Below, one piece after another: positions 30,606 through 40,899 of a DNA stretch of 64,000 nt. Position 1 is the first letter of the stretch; each line of letters starts with the position of its first letter. The stretch is taken from NCBI GenBank assembly GCA_963790205.1, contig CAWBNQ010000014.1:32001-96000 (forward strand). The letters are read 5' to 3'. Made by a program: the position numbers and the translations under genes. Origin of the DNA: Nitrospirota bacterium. Its GTDB lineage: Bacteria > Nitrospirota > UBA9217. The notes beneath the pieces were generated by a model. It ran no database searches. It was not told where the DNA came from and worked only from the letters and a program-made list of their open reading frames with translations.

Positions 30606-31679
30606 TTATTCCCACTTGAAGGTCGGGGTCATTCTGAACGTATCGCGTGCAAAGGTGAAATCGTCGATGTGCATCTGGGTGAATGCTATGCCGGTTATTT
30701 TGAAGAACCGCTCCCAGCCGATACGCTCGATCCACTCGCCCACACGCTCGTGTTTGCGCGCATCCTTGGCGTAGACCTCTACCAGGTGCTTCACGGCCTT
30801 CACGACCTCGGGCCATCGCGGAGGATTGTTCGGGAGGAACGGGATGGCCAGCTTGGACATGCGTGCCGGGCCGCGTGCGTTCGACACTTTGCCGCCGACC
30901 CAGATGGAGATGCCGTCGCCCGTCGCATCAGCAAGCGGGAGGGACGGGCACATCGTGTAGCAGTTGCCGCAGTACATGCAGCGGTCTTCCTTGATCTTCA
31001 CGGACTTCGCAGCCGGGTTCGGGCTGATGGCGCCGGTCGGGCAGGAAGCGATGGTCGTGGGGATCTCGCACTGGTTCCCGATCGTCTTCTCGTTCACCTT
31101 CGGGGGCTTGCGGTGAATGCCGAGGATGGCGATATCGGAGCAGTGCACGGCGCCGCACATGTTCAGGCAGCAGGCAAGCGCGATCCTGACCCTCGCCGGA
31201 AGCGTTTTCGTGGTAAAGTACTCGTGAAGTTCATCCATCACGGCCTTCACAACACCGGATGCGTCCGTTGCCGGGGTATGGCAGTGGACCCAGCCCTGGG
31301 TGTGCACAACGTTGCTGATTCCGTAGCCGATGCCGCCGGTCAGGTGGCCGCGCTTCTTGAGCTCGGCCTGGAGCGGTTCGACCTGCGCCTTGGCGGGAAA
31401 GAATTCGACGTTGTTACGCGTCGTAAAGCGCAGATGCCCGCCGGAGAATTTATCGGCGATTTCACAAAGCTCACGGATAAAATCGCTGCTCACAAGACGG
31501 GGAGACGCCATACGAACGGTGTAGAGCTCGTCGCCGGTCTCGGAAACATGCTTCATCGCGCCTTTGTTGATGATTTCATGGTACTTCCATTTCCCGTAGT
31601 TCTTCACGATCACGGGAGGCAAAAATTTGCTAAAGTGAGGAGCTCCAATATCGGTTATTCTCTTCGGTTTGTCAGCCAT
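30606..31679 (-). CDS. dsrB: Dissimilatory sulfite reductase beta subunit
   Basis: [51 protein letters not shown]. Confidence 0.98.
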   Translation of the reverse strand: MADKPKRITDIGAPHFSKFLPPVIVKNYGKWKYHEIINKGAMKHVSETGDELYTVRMASPRLVSSDFIRELCEIADKFSGGHLRFTTRNNVEFFPAKAQVEPLQAELKKRGHLTGGIGYGISNVVHTQGWVHCHTPATDASGVVKAVMDELHEYFTTKTLPARVRIALACCLNMCGAVHCSDIAILGIHRKPPKVNEKTIGNQCEIPTTIASCPTGAISPNPAAKSVKIKEDRCMYCGNCYTMCPSLPLADATGDGISIWVGGKVSNARGPARMSKLAIPFLPNNPPRWPEVVKAVKHLVEVYAKDARKHERVGEWIERIGWERFFKITGIAFTQMHIDDFTFARDTFRMTPTFKWE

Positions 31680-31699
31680 TCTAAGTTATCCTCCTTAAG

Positions 31700-32873
31700 T
31701 TATTTCACGTCTTCCGGTGACCAGAATACGTACGGGTTCGACCTGGGGGCTTTCACCATCTGCGGCACTGCCGGGAGACCGACTGCATCGAGCATGGACT
31801 TCATGCCCATACGGTCGACGAGCTCGCCGATACGCTCGCGGTTCTTGCCGTGGTCATCCCACCATTCCCACAGCTTGCGGATAAGCTCTTCGAGATTATC
31901 GTACGGTTTCTCAAGCTTCATGAAAGGAACAATGACCCAGCTCATGAGAGCGCCGGTCACGATCGGGGCCTTGCCGCCGAGCATGATGGTCGCGCCTTGC
32001 TCTTTTCCGGGACGCAGCGCCTTCGGCATCCGGTTGATGCAGTGCATGCAGCGGGTGCAGTCCTCGCCCTTGATCTTGAGAGTGCTGCCGTCGCAGCTCA
32101 TGCATTTGGTCGGGCACATATCGATCGACTTCCGTCGGCGATGTTCATGCTCTTGGAAGTAGTTCTTGACCTCTGCCTGGTCGATCCGAATGGAGTCTCT
32201 CCAGGTGCCGATGATGGACATGTCGGCGCGGGCAATCGCGGCCACACAGTCGTTGGCGCAGCCCGAAACCTTGATCTTGAACTTGTAGGGGAACGCGGGA
32301 CGATGGAGCTCATCCTGGAACTTGTGGGTGAAGCGTATCGCAGATTTCCATGGTGTCGATGTTCGCGAACTCGCAGCGGGATTTGCCGGCACAGCAGCTC
32401 GGGGTACGGAGGCAGGAGCCGGAGCCGCCGAGGTCCCAGCCCTTTGCCGTTGTTTCCGCGAAGATGGGCTCGAGCTTGTCGGTCTGCGTGCCGAGGAGGA
32501 CGAGGTCGCCGGTGGAGCCGTGCATGTTCGTCAGGCCGCTGCCGTATTTGTCCCAGATATCCATGAGGTCGCGGAGCGCGCTCGACGTGTAGTAGAAGCC
32601 GGCGGGCTGGTTGATACGAACGGTGTGAAAATGAGCGACTCCCGGGTATTCTTCCGGGAGGTCACAATAACGGCCGATAACGCCGCCGCCGTAACCAAGT
32701 ACGCCCACGATACCGCCATGCTTCCAATGGGTAACCTTGTCCCGATATGATCTCTCAAGGATGTTGAGCAGATCTTGCGCCGTATTACTCTTTTTTGCTG
32801 CCTTCTTGATCTCTTTTACGAAACTCGGCCATGCGCCTTTTTCCAAGTCATCAAGCATCGGTGTCTTACTCAT
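31700..32873 (-). CDS. dsrA: Dissimilatory sulfite reductase alpha subunit, split by an apparent +1 frameshift near 32331
   Basis: N-part: [33 protein letters not shown]-part: [34 protein letters not shown]. Removing one base restores a continuous gene. Confidence 0.95.
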
Positions 32874-33144
32874 TAGGAAATCCTCCTTATAGAATTATCT
32901 CACGTGTAATCTTTTACAGGTCATCAGGGTTCGTTCATGTTTCCAGTAAACAACTGAACTCCCTTGAATCCGCAGCCGTCCGGAAACTGCGGGCTACAGA
33001 ATAGATATCAATTTACGGTGTACGGTCCCCCTTTCTCAAAAGTTTACAGAATCATAATCATAAATATATATATATGGAATTCGGTGGGCGGGCCTGACAA
33101 TCTGATTTCTCTTTATTATTAACTTAGTCATATTGAGACTTGAG

Positions 33145-33173
33145 ATTGTATGTTTAGTTCTACTTTTAGTCAA
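33145..33173 (-). promoter_or_regulatory. Putative sigma70 promoter of the dsr operon
   Basis: TTGACT-N17-TACAAT in the AT-rich region, with an A/T tract upstream. Confidence 0.6.
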
Positions 33174-33548
33174 ATAAAAAAAACTAATTAGACCATAACA
33201 GCCTGTAATTTGCACGATTTAGAATATACGAACAACAGTTAATAAATACAAAGAGTTATGGATTACGTGCTGTTGATATCGTTGCGACGGTTATAATAAG
33301 TAAATTGACCGCCACTGTTTGAAATAAAATCTGAAAACGTAATCCTATTCATAATCCAAATGTTATATTTCGTGGTGGTCCTCTGATGTTTTTAGATTGA
33401 AAATTCCGAACAACAGCAGTACGGATCCAGGAGCAATTAATTCGAAAATTTTTAGCACGCCATGCCCGTATTTCAACGTTTTTTCATAATTCAGCCAAAA
33501 TTATTACAATCCTTTCACCCTCTCCCGCCCCCAGGTGCTTCGCGCTAT

Positions 33549-33577
33549 TTGACACCCCGGCAAAGTTCTGATACCAT
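33549..33577 (+). promoter_or_regulatory. sigma70 promoter of the OsmC-family gene
   Basis: TTGACA-N17-TACCAT. Confidence 0.55.
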
Positions 33578-33617
33578 TAAGTCCGATCTCAGACCCTATG
33601 AAGGAAAGGAATTGACA

Positions 33618-34037
33618 ATGGTTGAAGCGAAAGTTACGCTCGTTAACAATATGCAGTTCGCCGGGGAAGCGGCCTCAGGCCACTCATTGATCATGGACGC
33701 CGATGATGAAGCCGGTGGCAAAAACGCCGGCTTCCGCCCCATGGAACTTTTGCTCGTCGGCTTCGGCGGCTGCTCAGGAATGGATGTAATATCCATTCTC
33801 CGGAAAAAAAGACAGCAGGTCACTGCCCTCGATATCAACGTGAAGGGCGTGAAGCAGGACTCCTACCCGAAAGTGTACAAGGAAGTCCATATCGAATATG
33901 TAGTAAAAGGGAAAGGCGTGGAAAAGGAAGCTGTGGAACGCGCTATTGCGCTCTCGCTGGAAAAGTATTGCTCCGTCGGCGCAACCCTCGCCAAAGCGGG
34001 GACGATCACGCACAGCTACAGGATCATCGAAGAGTGA
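33618..34037 (+). CDS. OsmC/YhfA-family protein
   Basis: RPMELLLVGFGGCSGMDV, LSLEKYCSV; SD AAAGGA. Confidence 0.9.
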   Translation: MVEAKVTLVNNMQFAGEAASGHSLIMDADDEAGGKNAGFRPMELLLVGFGGCSGMDVISILRKKRQQVTALDINVKGVKQDSYPKVYKEVHIEYVVKGKGVEKEAVERAIALSLEKYCSVGATLAKAGTITHSYRIIEE

Positions 34038-34112
34038 TGCAGGTTGCAGTATATATGACATCAAGAGCGTTGTCAGTCATGTGACTTTGTATCATGGATC
34101 GTGGATACTGCA

Positions 34113-34781
34113 TCAACCCTTGGATTTTTTGATACTCTCCAGTTCCTTTTTCAGAGTATCAACCTGTACCTGGAGGTCTATGAACCGGTCGGCGATGGGG
34201 TCCGGAATGTGGACGTGGTCCATCAAGGCGTCCTCGGCGACCCGCTCGTCCTTGATCCGGACTATCCTCCCGGGGATGCCGACCACCGTGGAATGGTCCG
34301 GCACGTCCTGGAGCACGACCGAGTTGGCCCCGATCTTGACGTAATCGCCGATCTTGATGGGCCCCAGCACCTTGGCGCCCGCACCCACGACCACGTGGCC
34401 CCCCAGCGTCGGATGGCGTTTGCCTCGCTGCTTGCCGGTCCCTCCCAGCGTCACGCCCTGAAAGAGCGTCACGTTGTCGCCGATCTCGGCGGTCTCGCCG
34501 ATCACCACACCCATACCGTGATCGATGAACAGGCCCGAGCCGATGGTCGCTCCGGGGTGGATCTCGATACCGGTGATGAACCGGGCGAACTGCGACAGCG
34601 CCCGGGGAATGAACGGAACATGCTTCTTCAAAAGCCAATGAGCAAACCGGTAGAACAGAAGCGCATGGAAGCCCGCATAGGTAAGGGCGACCTCCACCTT
34701 GCTGGTAGCAGCCGGGTCCATGGACAGCGCGGCGTGAAAATCGTTTTTTATTTTTCGAAAAGTCTCGCGCATGATTTTCAC
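34113..34781 (-). CDS. cysE: Serine O-acetyltransferase
   Basis: TGIEIHPGA, FIDHGMGVVIGET, GKRHPT. Confidence 0.96.
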   Translation of the reverse strand: MKIMRETFRKIKNDFHAALSMDPAATSKVEVALTYAGFHALLFYRFAHWLLKKHVPFIPRALSQFARFITGIEIHPGATIGSGLFIDHGMGVVIGETAEIGDNVTLFQGVTLGGTGKQRGKRHPTLGGHVVVGAGAKVLGPIKIGDYVKIGANSVVLQDVPDHSTVVGIPGRIVRIKDERVAEDALMDHVHIPDPIADRFIDLQVQVDTLKKELESIKKSKG

Positions 34782-34850
34782 GGGGAGCGTGAATCGTAAA
34801 AGGGCAGAATTTACTTCTTACTTCTTATTTCTCACTTCTCACTGCTTCTA

Positions 34851-35423
34851 TCACTCCCTCAGCCACCCGGGCGGGATCCCGGCCCTTCGCGCTTCTTCGG
34901 GGATCACCGTCTCGATCATGTTTTTTGCCTCATCGATCTCCAGCTGGACTTCATTCATTTTCTTTTGAATGTTTTCCGCCTCCACGCGTCCTTCAAGATG
35001 TCCGGAAGCGGGACCGCCCCATTGCCCCAGCGCTTCCAGGCGTTTCTGGTCAAGGTCCCGATAGCGATCCTGGGCCTCGGCAAGCCGTTTTTTCCAATCC
35101 CGAAGCCTCTTCTGCCATGCGGCTTTTGATGCGGCCTCTTGCTCCCCCGCGGCAACCTCTGACGAAGGTCCAGTTGTTTCCTGCACCTGCTGCCCCGGGC
35201 CGACCTCCTCCCCCCTGGGAATTTCTATTTTACGCGACTTCGAGCGGTATCGTTCCGGAACCTCACCCAGATTGTCGGTGATATGCACGCCGCCCTTGCT
35301 GTCCGTCCACTCAAAGAGGTACTGTTTTTTTACATCTTTGTTTCCGGCCTGATCGCCGGTCTGCGCAAGAGCAGCCAGGGCAAGAACCGTCAGGACCATT
35401 ACGGTAGCAATAAGTGTGCGCAT
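34851..35423 (-). CDS. DUF4124-domain secreted protein
   Basis: Signal peptide, EWTDSKGGVHITD, coiled coil, C-terminal GIPPGWLR. Confidence 0.8.
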   Translation of the reverse strand: MRTLIATVMVLTVLALAALAQTGDQAGNKDVKKQYLFEWTDSKGGVHITDNLGEVPERYRSKSRKIEIPRGEEVGPGQQVQETTGPSSEVAAGEQEAASKAAWQKRLRDWKKRLAEAQDRYRDLDQKRLEALGQWGGPASGHLEGRVEAENIQKKMNEVQLEIDEAKNMIETVIPEEARRAGIPPGWLRE

Positions 35424-35460
35424 CTTTCACTCCCATCCCGGTCTCCAGCGGAACTCGGCC

Positions 35461-35931
35461 CTATTGCCGGAGCGTACAGACCGCGTACGCCGCGATCCCC
35501 TCGCCTTTGCCGGCGAACCCAAGTCCTTCGGTCGTCGTGGCCTTGACGTTGACGGCAGACTGGTCGGCTTTGACCGCCGAAGCGATGTTCGCGACCATTG
35601 CCGGGATGTGCGGCGCCATCTTCGGCCGTTCCGCAACGATGGTCGCATCGATGTTGTTCACGCGAAACCCGGCATCGGTGAGCAGCCGGTGAACCTCGGC
35701 AAGCAGGGCAAGGCTGGAGATGTCTTTGTATTTCGGAGTCGTGTCGAGGAAATGCCGCCCGATATCACCGAGCCCCGCAGCGCCGAGCAGCGCGTCGCAG
35801 ATAGCGTGAAGCAGCACGTCCGCATCCGAGTGGCCGAGCAGTCCTTTTTCGTTGGGGATTTCCACGCCGCCCATCATGAGCTTTCTGCCTTCGACGAGGC
35901 GGTGGACATCATAACCCATGCCGATTCGCAT
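35461..35931 (-). CDS. ispF: MECDP synthase
   Basis: [27 protein letters not shown]. Confidence 0.96.
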   Translation of the reverse strand: MRIGMGYDVHRLVEGRKLMMGGVEIPNEKGLLGHSDADVLLHAICDALLGAAGLGDIGRHFLDTTPKYKDISSLALLAEVHRLLTDAGFRVNNIDATIVAERPKMAPHIPAMVANIASAVKADQSAVNVKATTTEGLGFAGKGEGIAAYAVCTLRQ

Positions 35932-35932
35932 G

Positions 35933-36622
35933 TCACCTTCTCTTGAGGATTTCTTCCGCAAGGACAAGGTCCCCGGGCGTGGTAATCTTGATGTTTTCGT
36001 AGCTTCCCATGATCACCCGGACCTTGCCGCCCGCCCGCTCGACCAGCGTGGCGTCGTCGGTCCCGAATATGCGGTGTTCGTATGATTCCTCGTAGGCGCG
36101 CTTGAGCGCCTTAAAGGGAAAAGCCTGGGGCGTCTGGATGGCCCAGAGCCTGCTCCGCTCCAGAGTGTGGCGAACGAGGCCTTTGTCGTCAACTTCCTTG
36201 ATCGTGTCCTTCAAGGGCACGCCCACGACGACACACTCGCCCTTTTTGGCGAGTTCGACGCTCTCCCTGATCATTTCTGCCGTGACGAAGGGCCGCACAC
36301 CGTCATGCACAAGCACGACCGATGCGTCCTTGTCGAGCTTTTTCAGTCCGTTCATCACGGAATCCTGCCGTTCCTTGCCGCCAACGACGAGCGTCTTCAC
36401 CTTGGTGATATGATACTGTTCGATGATGTCCCTGAGGCAGCTCTCCATATCTTCTTTTGAGAGGACGGGGATAATCTCGTCGATTTCGGCGGCACGCTGG
36501 AATGCGAGGAGCGTATGGGCCAGCATGGGCTTGTCGCCGAGAGGGAGGAACTGCTTTGCAACCGCTTTTCCCATCCTCCTGCCCATGCCCGCTGCGGGTA
36601 TGAGTGCCGTTACCTTAGACAT
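35933..36622 (-). CDS. ispD: MEP cytidylyltransferase
   Basis: [34 protein letters not shown]. Confidence 0.96.
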   Translation of the reverse strand: MSKVTALIPAAGMGRRMGKAVAKQFLPLGDKPMLAHTLLAFQRAAEIDEIIPVLSKEDMESCLRDIIEQYHITKVKTLVVGGKERQDSVMNGLKKLDKDASVVLVHDGVRPFVTAEMIRESVELAKKGECVVVGVPLKDTIKEVDDKGLVRHTLERSRLWAIQTPQAFPFKALKRAYEESYEHRIFGTDDATLVERAGGKVRVIMGSYENIKITTPGDLVLAEEILKRR

Positions 36623-36794
36623 CAGGTGCCTCTAAAAAAATCCCCAAATGACAAATAACAAATCTCAAATACTATCCAAATTCAAGATATCGATTTCCAG
36701 AACATCTTAAATTTCGTTCTTGGCCTTGAAGCCTGTTTGTGATTTGATGTGGGAATTGTTATCCGCCGCTTCTTCCGCAGGGCGCAGCGGCCGC

Positions 36795-37718
36795 TCATTT
36801 CTTGAAATTCTTCACAACCACCTTAAACCGCTTTGCAAGCGGCGCATCCGCATCGATCGAGACCCGGAGCTGAAACTGGTCGTCTTTGTTCTGCGTCAGC
36901 ACATCGAAGGGAAGTATGATCTGCCCGTCTTCCATGAAGGGCTTGCCGAGATTGACCTTCATCCCCGCGTCCACCGCCTGCTCGAGCGCGGCCATCTCGG
37001 GTTTTGCCTCGGCCATGGGCGCGCCGGGCATCGAAGGCTCCGCGGTCATGGCTTCCTTCCGGATATTCTTCGGCGCTGACGGTTTTTTCTCGCCCTTGCT
37101 GATGATATCGCCCAGCGTGAAGTTGTGGCGCTCGGGGTTCTTTTGCATATCCTGAAGCACGAGCTTGGAAATGGCGGTGAATGTCTTGAGAACGCCTTCC
37201 CCGGTCATGGCAACCGCTTCATAGTGCGGAACGTCGCGGGGGTTTAGAGCCGCGTTCAATTCCTCGACGGACATGAGGTCCGGCAAGTCCCGCTTGTTAT
37301 ACTGGATCACCACGGGGAAATCATTCAAGTTCACGCCCTGATCGGCAAAGTTGTCGCGGAGGTTCGCCATGCTTTCAACATTGGCGTCGAGCATGGCCCG
37401 CTGCGAATCAGCGACGAAGATCACCCCGTCGGCGCCCTTGAGCACGAGCTTGCGGGTGGCATTGTAGAAAACCTGGCCGGGCACGGTGTAGAGGTGAAAG
37501 CGCACTTTATAGTTTTTGATGGTCCCGAGCTCTACCGGAAGGAAGTCGAAGAACAGCGTCCGGTCCGTCTCCGTCGCAAGCGAGATGAGCTTGCCCCGCT
37601 GCCCCGGAGCGATCCGGTGGTAGATAAGATGGATGTTCGTCGTTTTCCCGCACAGGCCGGGCCCGTAGTAAACGATCTTTGCGTTGATCTCGCGAGTGGT
37701 ATGATTAACGAGCGCCAT
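36795..37718 (-). CDS. mglA: MglA-family small GTPase with a C-terminal extension
   Basis: KIVYYGPGLCGKTTN, DRTLFFDFLP, TVPGQVFY, NKRDLP. Confidence 0.88.
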   Translation of the reverse strand: MALVNHTTREINAKIVYYGPGLCGKTTNIHLIYHRIAPGQRGKLISLATETDRTLFFDFLPVELGTIKNYKVRFHLYTVPGQVFYNATRKLVLKGADGVIFVADSQRAMLDANVESMANLRDNFADQGVNLNDFPVVIQYNKRDLPDLMSVEELNAALNPRDVPHYEAVAMTGEGVLKTFTAISKLVLQDMQKNPERHNFTLGDIISKGEKKPSAPKNIRKEAMTAEPSMPGAPMAEAKPEMAALEQAVDAGMKVNLGKPFMEDGQIILPFDVLTQNKDDQFQLRVSIDADAPLAKRFKVVVKNFKK

Positions 37719-37766
37719 GTCACCATAATTACATAAAAAGAATAGTATGTCAATACTGCGGAACTA

Positions 37767-38582
37767 TTATGACTGAGGCACGAGGATTTCCAGCGCCCGC
37801 GCATGCAGTCTCTCGTTCGCGCTCGCGAGCAAGGGCACGGTCCTCTCAAGACCCACGGCAACGGAGTCGACCGTCATGCCGTTGATATCGGTGACCACGC
37901 CGTCGGCCTCTTCGAGGATCAGCATCCCTGCCGCGAAATCGAAGGTGCGCGCGGGATTGGCGATCACGAGCAGGCTGAGCGCCCCCGAGGCGGCATAGGC
38001 AAGATCGAGCGCCACCGACCCGAAGCAGCGGGTGCGCTTCGCCTGCCGGATGAGCGGCATGAGCTTTGGGATATCGGTGCCCGGTGACGACGCCTCGTAG
38101 GCAACGATCGTGATGCCTTCCGTCGCCGAAGTCCTGATCCGCTTGCCGTTCTTATACGCGCCCTGAGCGCGCACGGCCCAGAATTCGTCGCCCATTGCGA
38201 GGTTAACAACATACCCCACAGCCAGCGTGGACAGCGTTTCGCCGTTCAGGAGCGCCAGGGAAGTGGAAAAGAACGGAATGCCGCTCTTCGCGTTATTGCT
38301 CCCGTCGATGGGGTCCACCAGCACGATCTTTTTACCGTCGCCGAACTTCCTGATCCCGAGCTCTTCGGAGATGAGCGTGAAGGACTCGCCTGCCTTGTGC
38401 GCTTTTTCGAGCGCCGCAATGACGATGTCCTCCGCCCACTTGTCCACGGGAAAGGTCTTGTCGCCTCCGGCGCCCTTGCCGAGCGGCACCATGCCGCCCT
38501 CCTTGCTCAGGATCACCGACAGACCGTCGCGCATCTTCTTGCCGATGCCTTTGAATACTTCCAGCCATTGTTCGTTGTCCAT
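37767..38582 (-). CDS. Inositol monophosphatase / FBPase family
   Basis: ISEE, VDPIDGSNN, GSVALDL, FDFAAG; SD AAGGAG before 38582. Confidence 0.88.
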   Translation of the reverse strand: MDNEQWLEVFKGIGKKMRDGLSVILSKEGGMVPLGKGAGGDKTFPVDKWAEDIVIAALEKAHKAGESFTLISEELGIRKFGDGKKIVLVDPIDGSNNAKSGIPFFSTSLALLNGETLSTLAVGYVVNLAMGDEFWAVRAQGAYKNGKRIRTSATEGITIVAYEASSPGTDIPKLMPLIRQAKRTRCFGSVALDLAYAASGALSLLVIANPARTFDFAAGMLILEEADGVVTDINGMTVDSVAVGLERTVPLLASANERLHARALEILVPQS

Positions 38583-38595
38583 GAAAACTCCTTGA

Positions 38596-38617
38596 ATAGG
38601 GGTCAGGGTACAGGGTA
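38596..38617. repeat. Left arm of the heptamer inverted repeat flanking the four-helix-bundle gene
   Basis: ATAGGGGTCAGGGTACAGGGTA; 19/22 complementary to 39028-39049. Confidence 0.8.
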
Positions 38618-38623
38618 AAGCAA

Positions 38624-38986
38624 TCAAGACAATGATTTAATCAATCCCTGAAGCATTTTCATCGTTTCATGCCTTTTGTCATTCACATGATTAAAATCCT
38701 CGATGGTCATATACCTGAGGTCACGTGCCAGCGATAAGAGCGTGTCGAGCTCTCCCAATGATCCCTTTGCGATAAAAAGAAACTGAAGATATTCTTTTCT
38801 ATGATTTCGTTCGTATCCTTCGGCGATGTTCGCTGGAACGGAGACGGCTGATCTTTGAAGCTGAGAGGTCAACCCATAGATTTCTGTTTTAGGAAACTTC
38901 TTGGTTATACGATAAAGGTCCAATGTCAGTCCATACGCACGTTGCCAAACATTCAAATCCCGAAATCCGGTTATTTTGTTCTCCAT
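38624..38986 (-). CDS. Four helix bundle protein (23S rRNA-IVP / Avd-like family)
   Basis: FRDLNVWQ, FPKTEIYGLTSQLQRSAVSVPANIAEG, FLFIAKGSLGE. Confidence 0.93.
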   Translation of the reverse strand: MENKITGFRDLNVWQRAYGLTLDLYRITKKFPKTEIYGLTSQLQRSAVSVPANIAEGYERNHRKEYLQFLFIAKGSLGELDTLLSLARDLRYMTIEDFNHVNDKRHETMKMLQGLIKSLS

Positions 38987-39012
38987 CGTCGCTCCTTCTT
39001 GTTTGCCGTCCT

Positions 39013-39086
39013 GCCCCCCGTCCCCTATCCCCTGAACCCTGCCCCCTATATTCTCCTGTCCCCTGCACCCTGAACCCTGGCCCCTC
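39013..39086. repeat. Tandem NNCCCTG heptamer array (right arm)
   Basis: tccccta tcccctg aaccctg cccccta ... tctcctg tcccctg caccctg aaccctg; overlaps the 3' end of uvrC. Confidence 0.85.
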
Positions 39087-40899
39087 GAAAATAGTTTGCG
39101 ATTTCCTCCGCCGTTTTCTTCGTCATCCCTTTCACCGCTGCCAGTTCCTCCGCCGTAGCCTGCCTGATCTTCCCGATACTGCCGAAATGGCGGAGAAGCG
39201 CTTTCTTCCTTACCTCGCCGATGCCGGGAATATCATCAAGCTCCGAATGTACCGCCCGCTTTTCACGGAGTTTCCGGTGATAGGCGATGGCAAAGCGATG
39301 CGCTTCGTCGCGCGCGCGCGCCACCAGGTGCGTGGTCGCGCTCGTGGGTTCGAGGATGACCGGCTCTTCCACTCCGGGGAGGAAGACCCGCTCGAATTCC
39401 CTATCAGATCCTTCTTCGCCGCTCCGCGCCTTGGCAAGCCCGATCACATCGGGCCCTTCGATCCCCAGATCCTTGAGCACATCGAGCGTGGCGTTCAGCT
39501 GCCCCTTGCCGCCGTCGATCAGGATCAGATCGGGGAGCGCACCCTCTTCTTTCGCCGACCGGTACCGTCGCCGGATCACCTCTGCCATGCTCGCGAAATC
39601 GTCCTGGCCGGAGACCGTCCTGATCTTGAACTTCTTATAATTTCTCTTGTCCGGGAGGTTGTCCTCGAAGCTGACCATGCTCGCCACGGATTCCGTTCCC
39701 TGGATGGTGGAAATGTCGAAGGCCTCGATCCTGCGCGGCAGGTTCTTGAGCCCCAGCTCTTCCTGGAGCCCCATGAGTATACGCTCTTTGCTCCTGCGGG
39801 ACAAGAGATGTTCCCGGAGCGACTGCGCCGCATTGTCCGAGGCCATCTGCACGAGTTCTCGTTTCCTGCCGCGCTGCGGCATGAACATCTCCACCCTGGC
39901 GTTTCGTTTTTCCGTGAGCCAGGTCTCAAACACTCCCCGGTCCCGGACCTCGATGGGAAGTAGTATCTCTTCGGGAACGATCATCTCCTTGGAGTAGAAC
40001 TGGCGCAGAAAATCGTCCAAAACTTCTTCTTGCGTCATACCTCGCACGTCATCGAGATAAAAATCCTTGCGTCCGAGAAGCATGCCGTTTCTCACAAAGA
40101 GCGCCTGGATGTCCGCGCGGCCCCCTTCGAAGGCAATGCCGATAACGTCCTGGTTCTCAAAGTTCGACGAAATGATCTTCTGCTTCTCCAGCGCTCCCTC
40201 GATCTTGGTGATTCGGTCCCGCAGTTCGGCCGCCCGTTCGTAGTCCATTTTCTCCGACGCCTCTTCCATGCGCTGTTTCAGCAGGTCGATGAGGTCCCGG
40301 TTCTTGCCCTCAAGGAAAAGGCGCACTTGACTGACCAGGTCCTGATACTGGGTCTTGTCCGCCTCACCCGAACAGGGCGCAATGCAGCGGCCGATCTGAA
40401 ACTGGATACAGGGCCGGCCCGGTTTTTCCGCCTTGAATTCCATTTTGCACGGCGCGATCGGGAAGGTGCGGCGTATGAGCGCGAGCGACTCCCACATCCC
40501 TCCTGCAGGGACATAAGGGCCGTAGTAGAGCGCGCCGTCCTTTTTGAGCCTCCGTACGACTTCGAGACGGGGATATTCGGATCTGATGTCGAAACGGAGA
40601 TAGGGATAGTTCTTGTCGTCCCGGAGAATGATGTTGTACTTGGGCCTGTGCTTTTTGATGAGGTTGGACTCCAGGGCCAGGGCTTCGAGCTCCGTGTGGG
40701 TCACGATGATCTCGATGTCCGCGATCTGACGCACCATGATCTCGGTCTTCTCGCCCTTCGTCCCCTTCTGAAAATACGAACGCACCCGGTTCCAGAGGGA
40801 CACGGCCTTGCCGATGTAGATCACGTGCCCCTTCGCGTCCTTCATGATATAGACTCCCGGCTCCTCCGGGAGGTTCTGGAGCTTTTCTTCGAGGGTCAT
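39046..40899 (-). CDS. uvrC: Excinuclease ABC subunit C
   Basis: PEEPGVY, YIGKA, RIEAFDIS, IDGGKGQL, RDEAHRFA, HhH; likely start at 40899. Confidence 0.96.
   Translation of the reverse strand: MTLEEKLQNLPEEPGVYIMKDAKGHVIYIGKAVSLWNRVRSYFQKGTKGEKTEIMVRQIADIEIIVTHTELEALALESNLIKKHRPKYNIILRDDKNYPYLRFDIRSEYPRLEVVRRLKKDGALYYGPYVPAGGMWESLALIRRTFPIAPCKMEFKAEKPGRPCIQFQIGRCIAPCSGEADKTQYQDLVSQVRLFLEGKNRDLIDLLKQRMEEASEKMDYERAAELRDRITKIEGALEKQKIISSNFENQDVIGIAFEGGRADIQALFVRNGMLLGRKDFYLDDVRGMTQEEVLDDFLRQFYSKEMIVPEEILLPIEVRDRGVFETWLTEKRNARVEMFMPQRGRKRELVQMASDNAAQSLREHLLSRRSKERILMGLQEELGLKNLPRRIEAFDISTIQGTESVASMVSFEDNLPDKRNYKKFKIRTVSGQDDFASMAEVIRRRYRSAKEEGALPDLILIDGGKGQLNATLDVLKDLGIEGPDVIGLAKARSGEEGSDREFERVFLPGVEEPVILEPTSATTHLVARARDEAHRFAIAYHRKLREKRAVHSELDDIPGIGEVRKKALLRHFGSIGKIRQATAEELAAVKGMTKKTAEEIANYFRGARVQGAGDRRI

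Noticed and set aside
31700..32873. dsrA as a true pseudogene or programmed frameshift
   Set aside because: No slippery site; clustered single-base insertions and intact neighbouring genes favour sequencing error.
38624..38986. Diversity-generating retroelement, based on the Avd-like protein
   Set aside because: No reverse transcriptase and no TR/VR pair. The twin ferredoxin differences do not appear restricted to adenines.
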